Source: an uncultured archaeon
GTDB lineage: Archaea; Asgardarchaeota; Thorarchaeia; Thorarchaeales; Thorarchaeaceae
DNA: 64,000 bases
Reading direction: 5' to 3'
Assembly (NCBI GenBank): GCA_964631415.1
Contig: CAZVZC010000002.1
Location: 61,952-125,951 of the forward strand
Made by a program: the position numbers and the translations under genes. Below the pieces are notes generated by a model that saw only the letters and a program-made list of their open reading frames with translations, did not search any database and was not told the DNA's origin. Of this stretch, positions 18,876 through 28,598 are shown piece by piece (positions within the stretch are counted from its first letter, which is position 1; the number at the start of each line of letters is the position of its first letter).

Positions 18876-20102
18876 ATGGCAACATTGAAAGATGCATCGA
18901 CAGAAGTCCAATCGCAGCAGCTGGCTATGCTCGAGCGCATGCTCGAGGATGTTAACATTGCTGCTTTCAGTGACAAATGGGGCCCTGAGAAGGTCATTCG
19001 TGTCTATGACCCACAACTCGGGATGGAAGGAATCCTTATCATAGACAACACCGCCCTAGGTCCCGGTAAGGGCGGATTCAGAATCAGAGCAGGCCTCACT
19101 CCACTTGAGGTGTTTGGTCTGGCCAGAACCATGACGTGGAAGTGCGCGCTTGCCAATCTTCCTTTCGGGGGAGCGAAGGGAGGAATAAGTGCAGATCCCT
19201 ATTCGATCGATAAGCAATCATACGTCAGAGCATTCGCGAAAGCGGTTTCGGCTCATGTACCAAACGAGTGGGTTTCTGCACCGGACATGAATGTCGGTGA
19301 GGAAGAAATCGCCGCCTTCGTTGAAGTGATTGGTGACAGGAAGGCCGCCACAGGAAAACCAGAGAGAATGGGAGGAATACCGCACGAGCTCGGAACGACT
19401 GGATTCGGACTTGGAGTCACCATAGAAACAACCCTGAGCATGCTATCCGAATTCGTGCCAATCAAAGACACAGTTGATGGTCTAACCGTCGCAGTCCATG
19501 GATTCGGAAATGTCGGGTCAGAGGTTGCTAAGTATCTCTCCCGAAAGGGTGCGAAAATCGTGGCTATAGGAGACTATTGGGGAGGAGCTTACAACTCAAA
19601 GGGCATTGACATTGATCAGGCAATGAAACATGCTTACGCAACCGATGATGCGCACTCCTGCAAGCACTGCAAAGGGGCCAAAGAGATTGGCAGGGACGAT
19701 GTCCTCGAAGTGGAATGTGATGTACTGATACCAGCAGCAGTCGGAAACGTCATCACAGAGCGGAACGCGTCCAAGGTGAAGGCCGGACTCATTGTCGAAG
19801 GTGCAAACAACCCGACAACATCAGCAGGCGAAGAGATACTCTTCAAGAGGGGAATCCTGGTGCTCCCGGACATGCTGGCTAACGCGGGAGGTGTGATAGG
19901 CTCCTACGCTGAGTATCTTGGCAAGAATATCGATGAGGCATTTGCAATGATTGATGCCAAGATTAGGGAGAACACAAAGCTAGTCCTGAGCAGCTCGATT
20001 AGCGGTGATGTCGTGATGCTTCCGAGGGCTGTCGCATTGATGATTGCCAAGGAGAGGGTCCTGAAGGCAACCGAGCGACGCATGAACAAGGGGAGTCATT
20101 GA
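18876..20102 (+). CDS. Glu/Leu/Phe/Val dehydrogenase family enzyme, divergent paralog 3; substrate specificity uncertain
   Basis: Contains GPGKGGFRI, FGGAKGG and VHGFGNVG. ATG 18876 is preceded by AAGGAG at -15..-10. The ORF as listed (18789) starts upstream without an RBS. Confidence 0.8.
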   Translation: MATLKDASTEVQSQQLAMLERMLEDVNIAAFSDKWGPEKVIRVYDPQLGMEGILIIDNTALGPGKGGFRIRAGLTPLEVFGLARTMTWKCALANLPFGGAKGGISADPYSIDKQSYVRAFAKAVSAHVPNEWVSAPDMNVGEEEIAAFVEVIGDRKAATGKPERMGGIPHELGTTGFGLGVTIETTLSMLSEFVPIKDTVDGLTVAVHGFGNVGSEVAKYLSRKGAKIVAIGDYWGGAYNSKGIDIDQAMKHAYATDDAHSCKHCKGAKEIGRDDVLEVECDVLIPAAVGNVITERNASKVKAGLIVEGANNPTTSAGEEILFKRGILVLPDMLANAGGVIGSYAEYLGKNIDEAFAMIDAKIRENTKLVLSSSISGDVVMLPRAVALMIAKERVLKATERRMNKGSH

Positions 20103-20126
20103 GCAAGAACAAGACGAGGTGAAAAA

Positions 20127-20411
20127 ATGGAAAAGAAGATGACTGTTGTGCTTCAAGCGCTAGATATGGCCAAGGGCTCTTGTCCACTGGGTTTCATTTC
20201 GCTGCACACAAACATAGCTGAGCCACTGCCGATTCTCGAGGCTCTCGAGAAGGCAGGGCTAGCTCGACGTGTCGAGTCTAGAGAGTGGTCGTTGGCTGCT
20301 GGCCCGCGATTCGAGATCACCGAAAAGGCTCGCAAGCAGTTGAGAGAGATGGAGTCGGCCAGCCCTAAGGTTTCACTCAGCGTTGTTGAAGAGGCTCTAA
20401 CTCATCATTGA
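20127..20411 (+). CDS. Small winged-helix-like hypothetical protein (94 aa)
   Basis: GAGGTGA RBS before ATG 20127. A helix-rich segment reads PILEALEKAGLARRVESREW. It sits 25 nt after the gdh3 stop. Confidence 0.45.
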   Translation: MEKKMTVVLQALDMAKGSCPLGFISLHTNIAEPLPILEALEKAGLARRVESREWSLAAGPRFEITEKARKQLREMESASPKVSLSVVEEALTHH

Positions 20412-20858
20412 GCAGCCGAACGTGTCGATAGAACTTAGAACAGTGAGTGCCCCGAGGACGCTCGAATTCCCTGCGACAGCCGCTTCCTGAGTGCGCCCAA
20501 GTCGCGAGGAATACCGGCGTCCTCCACATTATTCTCTCCAGCATACCGGGTGTGTTCTTGTTTCCAGTGCAAAGCCATGTGAGCCGCAGGAAGATTTGCT
20601 GACAATCATGCTTTTTCTCTGGCATTAGCAGGAACGGAAAGAATCCCTCAATGAGTCATTCTGATTGTGATTTTCGCGACCGTTGCTGTTGCCCTTCCTT
20701 CCAAGGTCTGAGAAGAGCAGCGATAAGATGCCCTGAGTGATTCCAAAATGCGCAACGTCAGATTGGCTGGACCCGTTGCGTGCAATGAATGTCAGCGAGT
20801 AGGGCTGATGAATCAATGACAATGGGAACAGTCATTAGCAACTGAAGATGGAGAAAGC

Positions 20859-21518
20859 GTGGGTTTCGATATTATGCCAGTGTTCGAGCAGGAGTGGATC
20901 TCTCCGATTCTCGAGGTATACAAGAAGAGGAAGATTGAGGACCCTCTCACCGTCATCCTTGGGCTCAATCCCATCGGTCAAGTCCTATGCAGACGCCTGT
21001 ATGAAGAGATTCATTTCGAAACCGTCTTGGTGTTCAATTCCCCACAGTTCACAACATGGAACCGCTATCCGGCTGACGTCAGGCCGCCAGTCGTCCCTGT
21101 GCATGGAATGATATCTAATGATCTCATGATGGTCTTCGGCGACGTTGTGATCAAAGACTACGAGTGGCTTGCTGATATGCTGTTCTACCTGCGTGGCTGC
21201 GTGCCAATCAATCACACAATTGCCTTCATGACTCATGACGGTCCCACTTGTGGATTGGCGCTCTCTAGGAAGGGGGAGAGACTGCTCAAACGTATGGAGG
21301 TTTCAGCAGGGAGACCTAACTTCTATGATGGGCTTACTGGACCCTTGATTAGTGTGGGAGATGTCGCGGACATTGATCCAGTCGTCATATTCCTAGAAGA
21401 GGAGCCGGAAACAGAAGTGATCCTCCAGGTGGATGAGATAGTCGTGACTCAGGCTGATCTTGACAAAGCCAGGCTGCTGCTCTCAAAAGGACTGGACTTG
21501 AAAATTCCAACACTGTAG
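20859..21518 (+). CDS. Hypothetical protein (219 aa)
   Basis: A GTG-start ORF; an alternative ATG lies at 20874. No motif was recognised. Confidence 0.4.
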   Translation: MGFDIMPVFEQEWISPILEVYKKRKIEDPLTVILGLNPIGQVLCRRLYEEIHFETVLVFNSPQFTTWNRYPADVRPPVVPVHGMISNDLMMVFGDVVIKDYEWLADMLFYLRGCVPINHTIAFMTHDGPTCGLALSRKGERLLKRMEVSAGRPNFYDGLTGPLISVGDVADIDPVVIFLEEEPETEVILQVDEIVVTQADLDKARLLLSKGLDLKIPTL

Positions 21519-21568
21519 GTCCGATGCCCAACACTCGATAGCGTAGACATGTCGCTGGAATCGGAATC

Positions 21569-22294
21569 TTATTCCACAGGGTTGCCATCTTCGGCCCGAC
21601 CATAGCCGACACGTTCTCTTTCCTTTGGCGAAGACAAGCCCATCCCAGGAAGGGCGTGGGCCATTCTCGCGTCACACTGCGGACACACCAGTGCCCTCGT
21701 TTCACCCAGCCCGACTATTCTGCCGCATGAAATGCATGTCCAGAGCCCTCCCTGGTACAGTTTGGTCTTGCGAAAAACAGACCGGGCCATTGGAACCAAA
21801 GACTCGGGGCAGTTTCTTGCCACGCCGTGAATTCCATCCTTGGACCACTCACATACTAGAGACACTAGAGTTGTGAGCAGCTCTATTATCCTAGTTGTGT
21901 CCTCATCCACTTCCAACGATACTCCGTCAGCAATGTTACGAGGTGCATCGGGAATCGCTGACAGAAGTTCGAGGAAAGCGAAGAAGGCTGGAGGTGGCAG
22001 AGCGTCTTTGCCCTTCGACTCCATCATGCGCGCAAGGACTGCAGACATCATGAGAGTACGTGAGTAGTTCCTCTGCAGGATACCCAAGGCCTCGTCTGCA
22101 ATCGACTTGGGGTTCAGCTTGTATCCGTCAGGATCCAGGCCGACCTCCCGTGCTATCGAATCCACAGAGTGGACAAAGCTCTCTCCTCTTCTCATCTCTT
22201 TGTTCACACGCAGAGCCAATTGCCTGTAGTCTAGGCCCGAGTCATTTGCGAGCTTTCGGAGCAAGTCACGAGCAGTAACACTCAATGGACACAC
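21569..22294 (-). CDS. Hypothetical protein with C-terminal zinc ribbon
   Basis: The C-terminal third contains CISCGR...CPQCDARM. The N-terminal region is helical. It is divergent from the prs-like gene. Confidence 0.45.
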   Translation of the reverse strand: MCPLSVTARDLLRKLANDSGLDYRQLALRVNKEMRRGESFVHSVDSIAREVGLDPDGYKLNPKSIADEALGILQRNYSRTLMMSAVLARMMESKGKDALPPPAFFAFLELLSAIPDAPRNIADGVSLEVDEDTTRIIELLTTLVSLVCEWSKDGIHGVARNCPESLVPMARSVFRKTKLYQGGLWTCISCGRIVGLGETRALVCPQCDARMAHALPGMGLSSPKERERVGYGRAEDGNPVE

Positions 22295-22457
22295 GTACCT
22301 GCGGCGGCATGTGCTCTAGCGACAGGAGTCACTTTAGGTTGTCGTATGGGAAGAGTGCACTGACCGGGAATCGCAGCGGGCCATCTAGTCCAACCGAAGG
22401 ACACACCCAGTTGTGGGGCAACTCTCATAAAGGGGGATGTCGCGCGAGTAAGTCAGT

Positions 22458-23444
22458 ATGAAGAAGTACGACGTAGTTCTTGCCAGCGGGGCTGACCATC
22501 TGAGAACGAGATTCGAGAAGCTCGGATATCGTGTGTTCGGCTGTGGAATGAACTACGACGGGCGCCACATGTTCCCGAATGCAGACATATACGCCCGAAT
22601 ACCTGATGTGACCCAGATGTCGGACCGGAGAGTCGTGGTTATCCAGAGCTGCACTGGTTCAAGTCCTGTTGAGAAAGAGGTGTTCACAACCTCTGATCGC
22701 CTAGTTGAGCTACTGCTGATGCTGGACAGTCTGACTCACCCCGTGGAAGTGGAGGAAATGGCCCACAAGGAATACAGGACGAGGTCCATTCCTCCGCCCT
22801 CACATGTGGAAGTCGTGCTGACATTCCAGCCATTTGCTCTGCAGGACAAGGCATTCAAGACAGGAGAAGCGGTTTCCTGCAGGTGGGCCGCAAACCAGAT
22901 AGCAGGTGCCTGCAACAAGGTGTGGGTAGTGAATCCTCACGCACCGGATAGCTTGGATTGGGTCAAGGCCCTAGACGGCAAAGGCCTCTACGAAGAGATA
23001 GACATAACACACGACCTTGTGAAGTTCGGAGCAGCAAAGTTTGACTTTCATGACTATACTGTCATCACCCCTGATGAAGGCGGCCAAGAGCGATTCGCTG
23101 TCGAGGGGTTCGGAAAACACCGTCGCGACTCCTATACCGTGGAGCTTGAGGGGGAGGTTGGGGTCAAAGGCAAGAACGTCATAGTCCTAGATGACTTGAC
23201 AAAGAGCGGAAGTACTCTGCTGAAAGCATCCGAGAAGATCTATGCCCAAGGGGCCTCAGATGTTGGACTCGCGGTTGTTCATGTAATGCCGCTTCTTGAG
23301 AAGGGTGAACAACTGCTTGAGAACCTTGTCGAAAAGAGCAAGGGAAGGATTGTGACGTCCAATACAATCAGAACTCGGACTTTCTGTGATTGCAGGCCAG
23401 ACAGCACATACAACGTGGTCGATTCACTGGTCAAGGTTCTCTGA
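22458..23444 (+). CDS. prs: Ribose-phosphate pyrophosphokinase (PRPP synthetase)-like protein
   Basis: Two-domain layout: N-domain (RRVVVIQSCTG), PFALQDK / VVNPHA (matching PYxxYARQDR / DLHA), and a C-terminal PRTase motif NVIVLDDLTKSGSTL. Confidence 0.6.
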   Translation: MKKYDVVLASGADHLRTRFEKLGYRVFGCGMNYDGRHMFPNADIYARIPDVTQMSDRRVVVIQSCTGSSPVEKEVFTTSDRLVELLLMLDSLTHPVEVEEMAHKEYRTRSIPPPSHVEVVLTFQPFALQDKAFKTGEAVSCRWAANQIAGACNKVWVVNPHAPDSLDWVKALDGKGLYEEIDITHDLVKFGAAKFDFHDYTVITPDEGGQERFAVEGFGKHRRDSYTVELEGEVGVKGKNVIVLDDLTKSGSTLLKASEKIYAQGASDVGLAVVHVMPLLEKGEQLLENLVEKSKGRIVTSNTIRTRTFCDCRPDSTYNVVDSLVKVL

Positions 23445-23550
23445 TTCGTGTGAGAAGGCACTCGCCTGTCGGCAACAATAAATAACCAGCTGCGCCAAGA
23501 CGCATCATTGACCAAGCACCTCTCCAGATTGGGTGAATGTGGTGGTCTAA

Positions 23551-25143
23551 ATGGTCCGACAGATAGGGATGTGTTACCTTGGCTCAAGGTCCGCAGCAGA
23601 CCTTACGCCTGAACCAGCCAGAGTTGCCCTTGTCATTGCTTTCATGCTCGCAGAGTCGCATGGGGGAGGGAGTAAGATCTCAATCCTCGCTCCTGTTTCA
23701 ATCCCCTACTGGTTGGTCCAGGTGTCGGCTAGGGAGTCCATTCTCCTTTCCGGAGTGACAGATCGGACGCAGAGCATTGAGTTCACTGACAACACTGCAC
23801 TGAACACTGTCAGGAAGATACTCAGCAGCGAAACAGCTGAAGCGAAGAACATACCAGATGTGGTAGAGCGGGTGTTGGCGGCTCTGGGCAGTGTTGAGAG
23901 GAAGAAGCAATACGTCAAGCACATCGAACAGGCAGGCTCCTTGGCACGTATCGGTAGATGGATGCAAGAAACAGAGATGACGGCGAAGCCTCGCAGACTT
24001 GATCTCAAACTTGATTCTCAGGGGGCACTCGCTATCAGTGAGCAGTTCAGGCAGCTGAAAGACACAGCGGAGAGGCGGCTCGCCACCATGGAAGAGATTC
24101 AGAAGCTGATGAAGGAGAAGGTTGGTGCTCAAGCGGGCACTCTCGCAAGCATTGTCAAGAGAGACCGGGAGCGCAAGAAGAAACAGTCTCAGTCTTTGGA
24201 GGAGATTGCAGAACTCGAAACATCTGAGATTTCAGATAAGACAAGAGACATCCTGCAGGCCCTTGAGGAGAAGCACAGGATGGAACTCCGGGCCCTCACG
24301 GCCGAGTTCGCAAGAACGAGTTCGTCGCTTGAACAGTTCTTCAGCCAGGTTCTTGAAAGCATACGACAATCAAGGATAGTGATTGGTCAGAAGGCAGAAA
24401 ACGTCGTTGGCGCGGTCGAGGAGTTCAGGAAGCTGGCAAGCCTCCTCGCTCAGAATGTGCCAAAGTATGCGGACTCATTGCGTGGACTGGAGGAGAAGGC
24501 TCAGGACATGCTCAACCGCTCAAGACAACTCGCAGAGGCCCTGAAAGAGCAGAAAGTCAAGGCCACACAGTCTCATGATGCTCTGATAAGGGAGCACAGA
24601 CATCGTATTGTCGACTTTGACCTCGAAAGGAATCAAAGCGAAAACGAATCCGAGGAACTGCTAGATCGCGTGAAGACTTCCGTCGCAAGGATTGAAACAG
24701 CCTTGGAACAGAGAGTGCAGGAACTAAGAGCAGAGCTCCGTCAGCTCTCGACATTCGCATTCGAGAGCAGCCTTGTCAGGGGAGCAGCGCCACTGACACT
24801 GGTCGACATCAACACATATGTGGCATTGTACCAAAACGGGGACCTGAGAGTGTTCGGCCCGAACATCCTGCCATCCGACAGGTTTGGCATCCCATTCACA
24901 GAGTTGCCTGTTGAGCCCGCTTTAGATGACTACTTGCAGAAGGTAATTGTGGATCTCTCTGAAGCGAGTACTGAGTTCAAGAACGGTCTGAGGAGGGCAC
25001 TCAACGAGTGCAACCTGCTTGGAGATGCCAAGGCGCGGGAAGAACTTGCAGACGGTCTGCAACAGCTACAGGCTAGGCAGCTGCTGAAGGAAGGAGTGGC
25101 AGAAGCTGTGTCAGCAGCTTGGAACAGGCAAGCTGGCAGATGA
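23551..25143 (+). CDS. Hypothetical long coiled-coil protein (530 aa)
   Basis: A ~100-aa globular N-terminus is followed by ~400 aa of charged heptad-rich sequence. Confidence 0.5.
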   Translation: MVRQIGMCYLGSRSAADLTPEPARVALVIAFMLAESHGGGSKISILAPVSIPYWLVQVSARESILLSGVTDRTQSIEFTDNTALNTVRKILSSETAEAKNIPDVVERVLAALGSVERKKQYVKHIEQAGSLARIGRWMQETEMTAKPRRLDLKLDSQGALAISEQFRQLKDTAERRLATMEEIQKLMKEKVGAQAGTLASIVKRDRERKKKQSQSLEEIAELETSEISDKTRDILQALEEKHRMELRALTAEFARTSSSLEQFFSQVLESIRQSRIVIGQKAENVVGAVEEFRKLASLLAQNVPKYADSLRGLEEKAQDMLNRSRQLAEALKEQKVKATQSHDALIREHRHRIVDFDLERNQSENESEELLDRVKTSVARIETALEQRVQELRAELRQLSTFAFESSLVRGAAPLTLVDINTYVALYQNGDLRVFGPNILPSDRFGIPFTELPVEPALDDYLQKVIVDLSEASTEFKNGLRRALNECNLLGDAKAREELADGLQQLQARQLLKEGVAEAVSAAWNRQAGR

Positions 25144-25214
25144 TCCGAGTCCGATTCGGCTATGGTCACCGGAACCGATTTCAACTCCAGTTGCGGCACG
25201 AGGCTGAGTTGAAC

Positions 25215-25448
25215 TCACTGGGCTTCTGACTGGCCTTTTGAAGTGGCCACCCAAGTCTTCGCGGTGAACCTCTCCACAAGGCCTCTCTTCTCGAGCTCCA
25301 GCAGAGCCTGGGTCACTTGATTCTGATCGCAGGGGAATCGATGGGAAACGAGCACTCTCGTTATCGCAGACGGCCTGTGGCTGTCTTTGCTAACCAGAGT
25401 GAGAACTCTCTGCTGAATGTCTGTCAGATCGGTGCTCATGGTCGTCAC
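25215..25448 (-). CDS. Small winged-helix DNA-binding protein (77 aa)
   Basis: Reads TDIQQRVLTLVSKD...QVTQALLELEKRGLVERF. It is divergent from the nucleoside phosphorylase gene. Confidence 0.5.
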   Translation of the reverse strand: MTTMSTDLTDIQQRVLTLVSKDSHRPSAITRVLVSHRFPCDQNQVTQALLELEKRGLVERFTAKTWVATSKGQSEAQ

Positions 25449-25599
25449 TCAAGCCCGACCCCGGTCTGATTCTTTTAAGGGTGTCGGAGTGGAAGCATGT
25501 GCTAGGAGGGGAGAATCGCAGCGGCATGGTCAGATTGATGGGATGCATCTTTCCAAGTGCTTTGGTGAGCATGCTGCGAAATCCTTTTTATCAGACCTC

Positions 25600-26379
25600 A
25601 TGACGCCGACAAGGGTGGATGCCCCGATGACCCAAGAAAGAGAGTATCACATATCGATTGCACCTGGAGAGATGCCGCCCTCAGTGCTGCTACCGGGAGA
25701 CCCTGATAGGGCCCGACTGATTGCAGAGAAGTTCTTCAAGAAGCCAACGGAAGTCGCGCACAAGAGAGAGTACTGGAGCTTTAGAGGTGAGTACGAAGGA
25801 GTACCTGTGGGTGTCTGCTCGACGGGCATAGGATGCCCTTCTGCGGCAATCGCCCTCGAAGAGCTCATCAGAGTTGGTTGCAGGACATTCATACGAGTCG
25901 GGACTGCTGGCGCAATCGATCCGTCATTGAACGCTGGTGACCTCGTGATATTCACAGGGGTTGTGAGAGACGACGGCACATCCAGGCAATACGTCCCCAT
26001 TGAGTTCCCGGCAGTGGCCGATCCCGGGCTGGTGATGGCGCTCAGCGATTCGGCCGGAAGAAGAGGGGCAAGATATCGAACGGGTATCGGTCATACCAAG
26101 GATGCATTCTACAGCGAGCACCCGGGACTGGTTGCTGACCCGGACCAGATGAAAGGCCGATGGGATATGCTACGCCGGGCAAACGTCATAGCGACAGAGA
26201 TGGAGTCTGCCGCACTTTTCGTCATAGGGCAGCTGAGAGGTGTCAGGGTAGGCTCTATCTGCGTTATAGTTGGCGAGCCAATAGACAAGGAGTCCAGAAT
26301 CACCGGAAAACCTCGCATAGATGAGCTCACGTACATCGCTCTTGATGCTCTCAAGAAGGTTGGAACAGGCCCGAAATGA
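25600..26379 (+). CDS. Purine/uridine nucleoside phosphorylase (PNP/UDP family 1)
   Basis: Carries LLPGDPDRA, STGIGCPSAAIA and the IATEMESAALF (EMES) motif. The in-frame ATGs at 25600/25627 are preferred over the listed 25417 start, which overlaps the divergent wH gene. Confidence 0.75.
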   Translation: MTPTRVDAPMTQEREYHISIAPGEMPPSVLLPGDPDRARLIAEKFFKKPTEVAHKREYWSFRGEYEGVPVGVCSTGIGCPSAAIALEELIRVGCRTFIRVGTAGAIDPSLNAGDLVIFTGVVRDDGTSRQYVPIEFPAVADPGLVMALSDSAGRRGARYRTGIGHTKDAFYSEHPGLVADPDQMKGRWDMLRRANVIATEMESAALFVIGQLRGVRVGSICVIVGEPIDKESRITGKPRIDELTYIALDALKKVGTGPK

Positions 26380-26396
26380 GCTTGTCAACGCGGTGG

Positions 26397-27191
26397 CTAG
26401 ATGCCGCCAAACCACACTCTCTTCTGCGCAGCCATGAGTAGGGCGTCGGCAGTCTTCTTGTCTACACCTATCATGGTGGCCAGCTGATCCGGACCAGTTC
26501 CGACAAGGTCCTCCACAGTGGCAATGCCTGCACCTATGACGCCTTTTATGATCCCATCAGGTGCACCAATCTCTGTCAGTAGATCCCTCAACTTCGTCAC
26601 ACTCTTCTCATCGGCCACCGGCGCCGCAACACCCGGCATCTCAGCCTCAATCGATTCTTCCTCGGTATCAGGCTTCGGTTCGACAGGTACTGGTTTGGCA
26701 GGTTCCGCTGCAGATGTCTTCCTTCTTATGAAGGACGGGCGCAGGATAAGAACCCCCAGCAATGGAAGCACGATGAATGCAGGAATCAGCAGCACAGAGT
26801 CGATTCGGCCACCGATGATACTACCTCCCGGTCCGAGAAACGGCAGACCTTCGACTCCAGCAAGCAACACTTGAAGCCACGAGTCGCCAGACAGTTCTGT
26901 GGCAAGTGCAAACCAGAATGGCGTGAACAGAGCTAGGCCGCCAATCTCGAACAGGAACGCTTCCTTGAGAATGCTCCGACGTGCAAAGTACAGAATCAAA
27001 AGCGGAGCTATTAAGATCACGACGGACACGACAACCCAGATCATGAAGATATCCCAAATCGCCACCAACACATCAGGGTCGGTTTCACCCACTCCCATCA
27101 GTTTGATGAAAGCACTTACCATGAAAACAATCCCAGGCAAAAGAGCACCGTAGAGAACTCCTAGTGCGTACCTCAAGTAGTTACACCTCAA
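26397..27191 (-). CDS. Membrane protein with C-terminal tandem helix-hairpin-helix motifs
   Basis: Four to five hydrophobic helices, a Pro/Glu linker, then GIATVEDLVGTGPDQLATMIGVDKKTADALL (HhH-like). Confidence 0.55.
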   Translation of the reverse strand: MRCNYLRYALGVLYGALLPGIVFMVSAFIKLMGVGETDPDVLVAIWDIFMIWVVVSVVILIAPLLILYFARRSILKEAFLFEIGGLALFTPFWFALATELSGDSWLQVLLAGVEGLPFLGPGGSIIGGRIDSVLLIPAFIVLPLLGVLILRPSFIRRKTSAAEPAKPVPVEPKPDTEEESIEAEMPGVAAPVADEKSVTKLRDLLTEIGAPDGIIKGVIGAGIATVEDLVGTGPDQLATMIGVDKKTADALLMAAQKRVWFGGI

Positions 27192-28015
27192 CCTCTCTGG
27201 GGTTGGCTAGTGTCGGTCCACGGACTTAAAGACATTGCGAGAAAAGTGGCCCCGATTCTCCAGACCATCGATGGATGTCCGCGAAGAGGCGCCAGAAAAA
27301 TAGCAGGTTCGCTTCGTGGTTGCTTGAGGGGGAAGATGTGTGCATTCTCTGTAGGGAGAACTCGTCGCTGCAGGACGAGAAACGCTTGATTGGCGCCTCC
27401 TCGACAGGACTGTATGTAGAAACTGGAACACAAATATAGACTTTGTGATATATTCGCGACAATTCGGGCACCGTATTGCGAATCCCGCAGTATCCTCAGC
27501 TAGGTCAAGGCGCTAATCGTAACCTTAAATATCGTTCATGACGAGTGGTTTCCACAGAAGAAAGGCACGGGAGTGGGCCTGTTTATCACATGATCTCGCT
27601 CTTCACTTCCTCCTTCCAGCCGCGTTCTTTCACCCCCGTGCCTTTACGACCCCCCAGTTCTCGGTTGACAGGCCCGCTGATCTGCTGTATTGTTGTTCGC
27701 ACCTGCAAGCAGTGTCAACCAACTGATGAGTAAATACAGATTACACTTATCTATGAAATATGCGATAATATTAGCTGTCTGGGGACCTGTGTTCCACTCA
27801 CGACTCTCTCCTCCTAAGCGAACACGAGTATGCTCTGGAAAATCTCCTCCTTTCTCGAAGGTCCCCACTCACTCATTCTCGTGAGAGAGAGTGCGGCATG
27901 ATTATGAATACAACTTCGCAACTGAATCGACCTGTTGCTTGACTTCGGCCTCTAGAGCCGAAACCAGCAGCAAGTTTTAAAGGCTCATCCAGACGGGCAG
28001 CACCAGGAGCCAGAC

Positions 28016-28474
28016 ATGTCAGTAGCAAGGAAAGTGGTTGACAGCACATTTCAGAGAGTCTTAAGCCACATCGGTGAGATTGTGAGGTCTATCATCCTCC
28101 TGATCATCATCTGTATTCCGCTTGCCTATGCCGTGCCGATGTGGATTCAGCACGTTGCGTTTGGCGTACCCTTCTCGAGCCTTATCATTGACCCAGTGGC
28201 ATGGTTTGGGACCAATGGTGCTGTCCTCGTGATCTTGTTGCTTGCGGCCGTAAGCCTGGTTTTAGGATACGCATACGTTTCAAAGATGGCCCCGAAGCCA
28301 GAGGTAACCCCGTCAGCCAAGAAGACAGCTCCTGAAGAAGAAGGAGCCGAGGAAGAGGAGCCAGAGATCGAAGCTGAAACCGTCGCCGAAGAAGCAGAAG
28401 AAGTGGGCGAAGTAGAGGCTCCTTCGGAAGAGGCAGGCGAGGACGACACAGACACTTCCGACTCGGAGAGCTGA
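28016..28474 (+). CDS. Small membrane protein with a strongly acidic C-terminal tail
   Basis: Two TM helices, then EEEGAEEEEPEIEAETVAEEAEEVGEVEAPSEEAGEDDTDTSDSES. Confidence 0.5.
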   Translation: MSVARKVVDSTFQRVLSHIGEIVRSIILLIIICIPLAYAVPMWIQHVAFGVPFSSLIIDPVAWFGTNGAVLVILLLAAVSLVLGYAYVSKMAPKPEVTPSAKKTAPEEEGAEEEEPEIEAETVAEEAEEVGEVEAPSEEAGEDDTDTSDSES

Positions 28475-28598
28475 TATATCGCTACGGGTCGTCCACGTTC
28501 CGAACTGGAATCGAACCTTGAGCAATCGATCTCCGCGACACTTCTGCCACTGCTTTGCCTTTGTGCTTCATGACAACCCGATGTGCCAAAGTACACCT

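Noticed and set aside
28500-28530. tRNA-like T-loop motif (GGAATCGAACC, reverse complement GGTTCGATTCC) in the 125-bp convergent intergenic region
   Set aside because: Attempts to build flanking T-stem, acceptor and anticodon arms on either strand failed, with no 5-bp T stem and no complementary acceptor ends. It is an isolated motif, not a tRNA.
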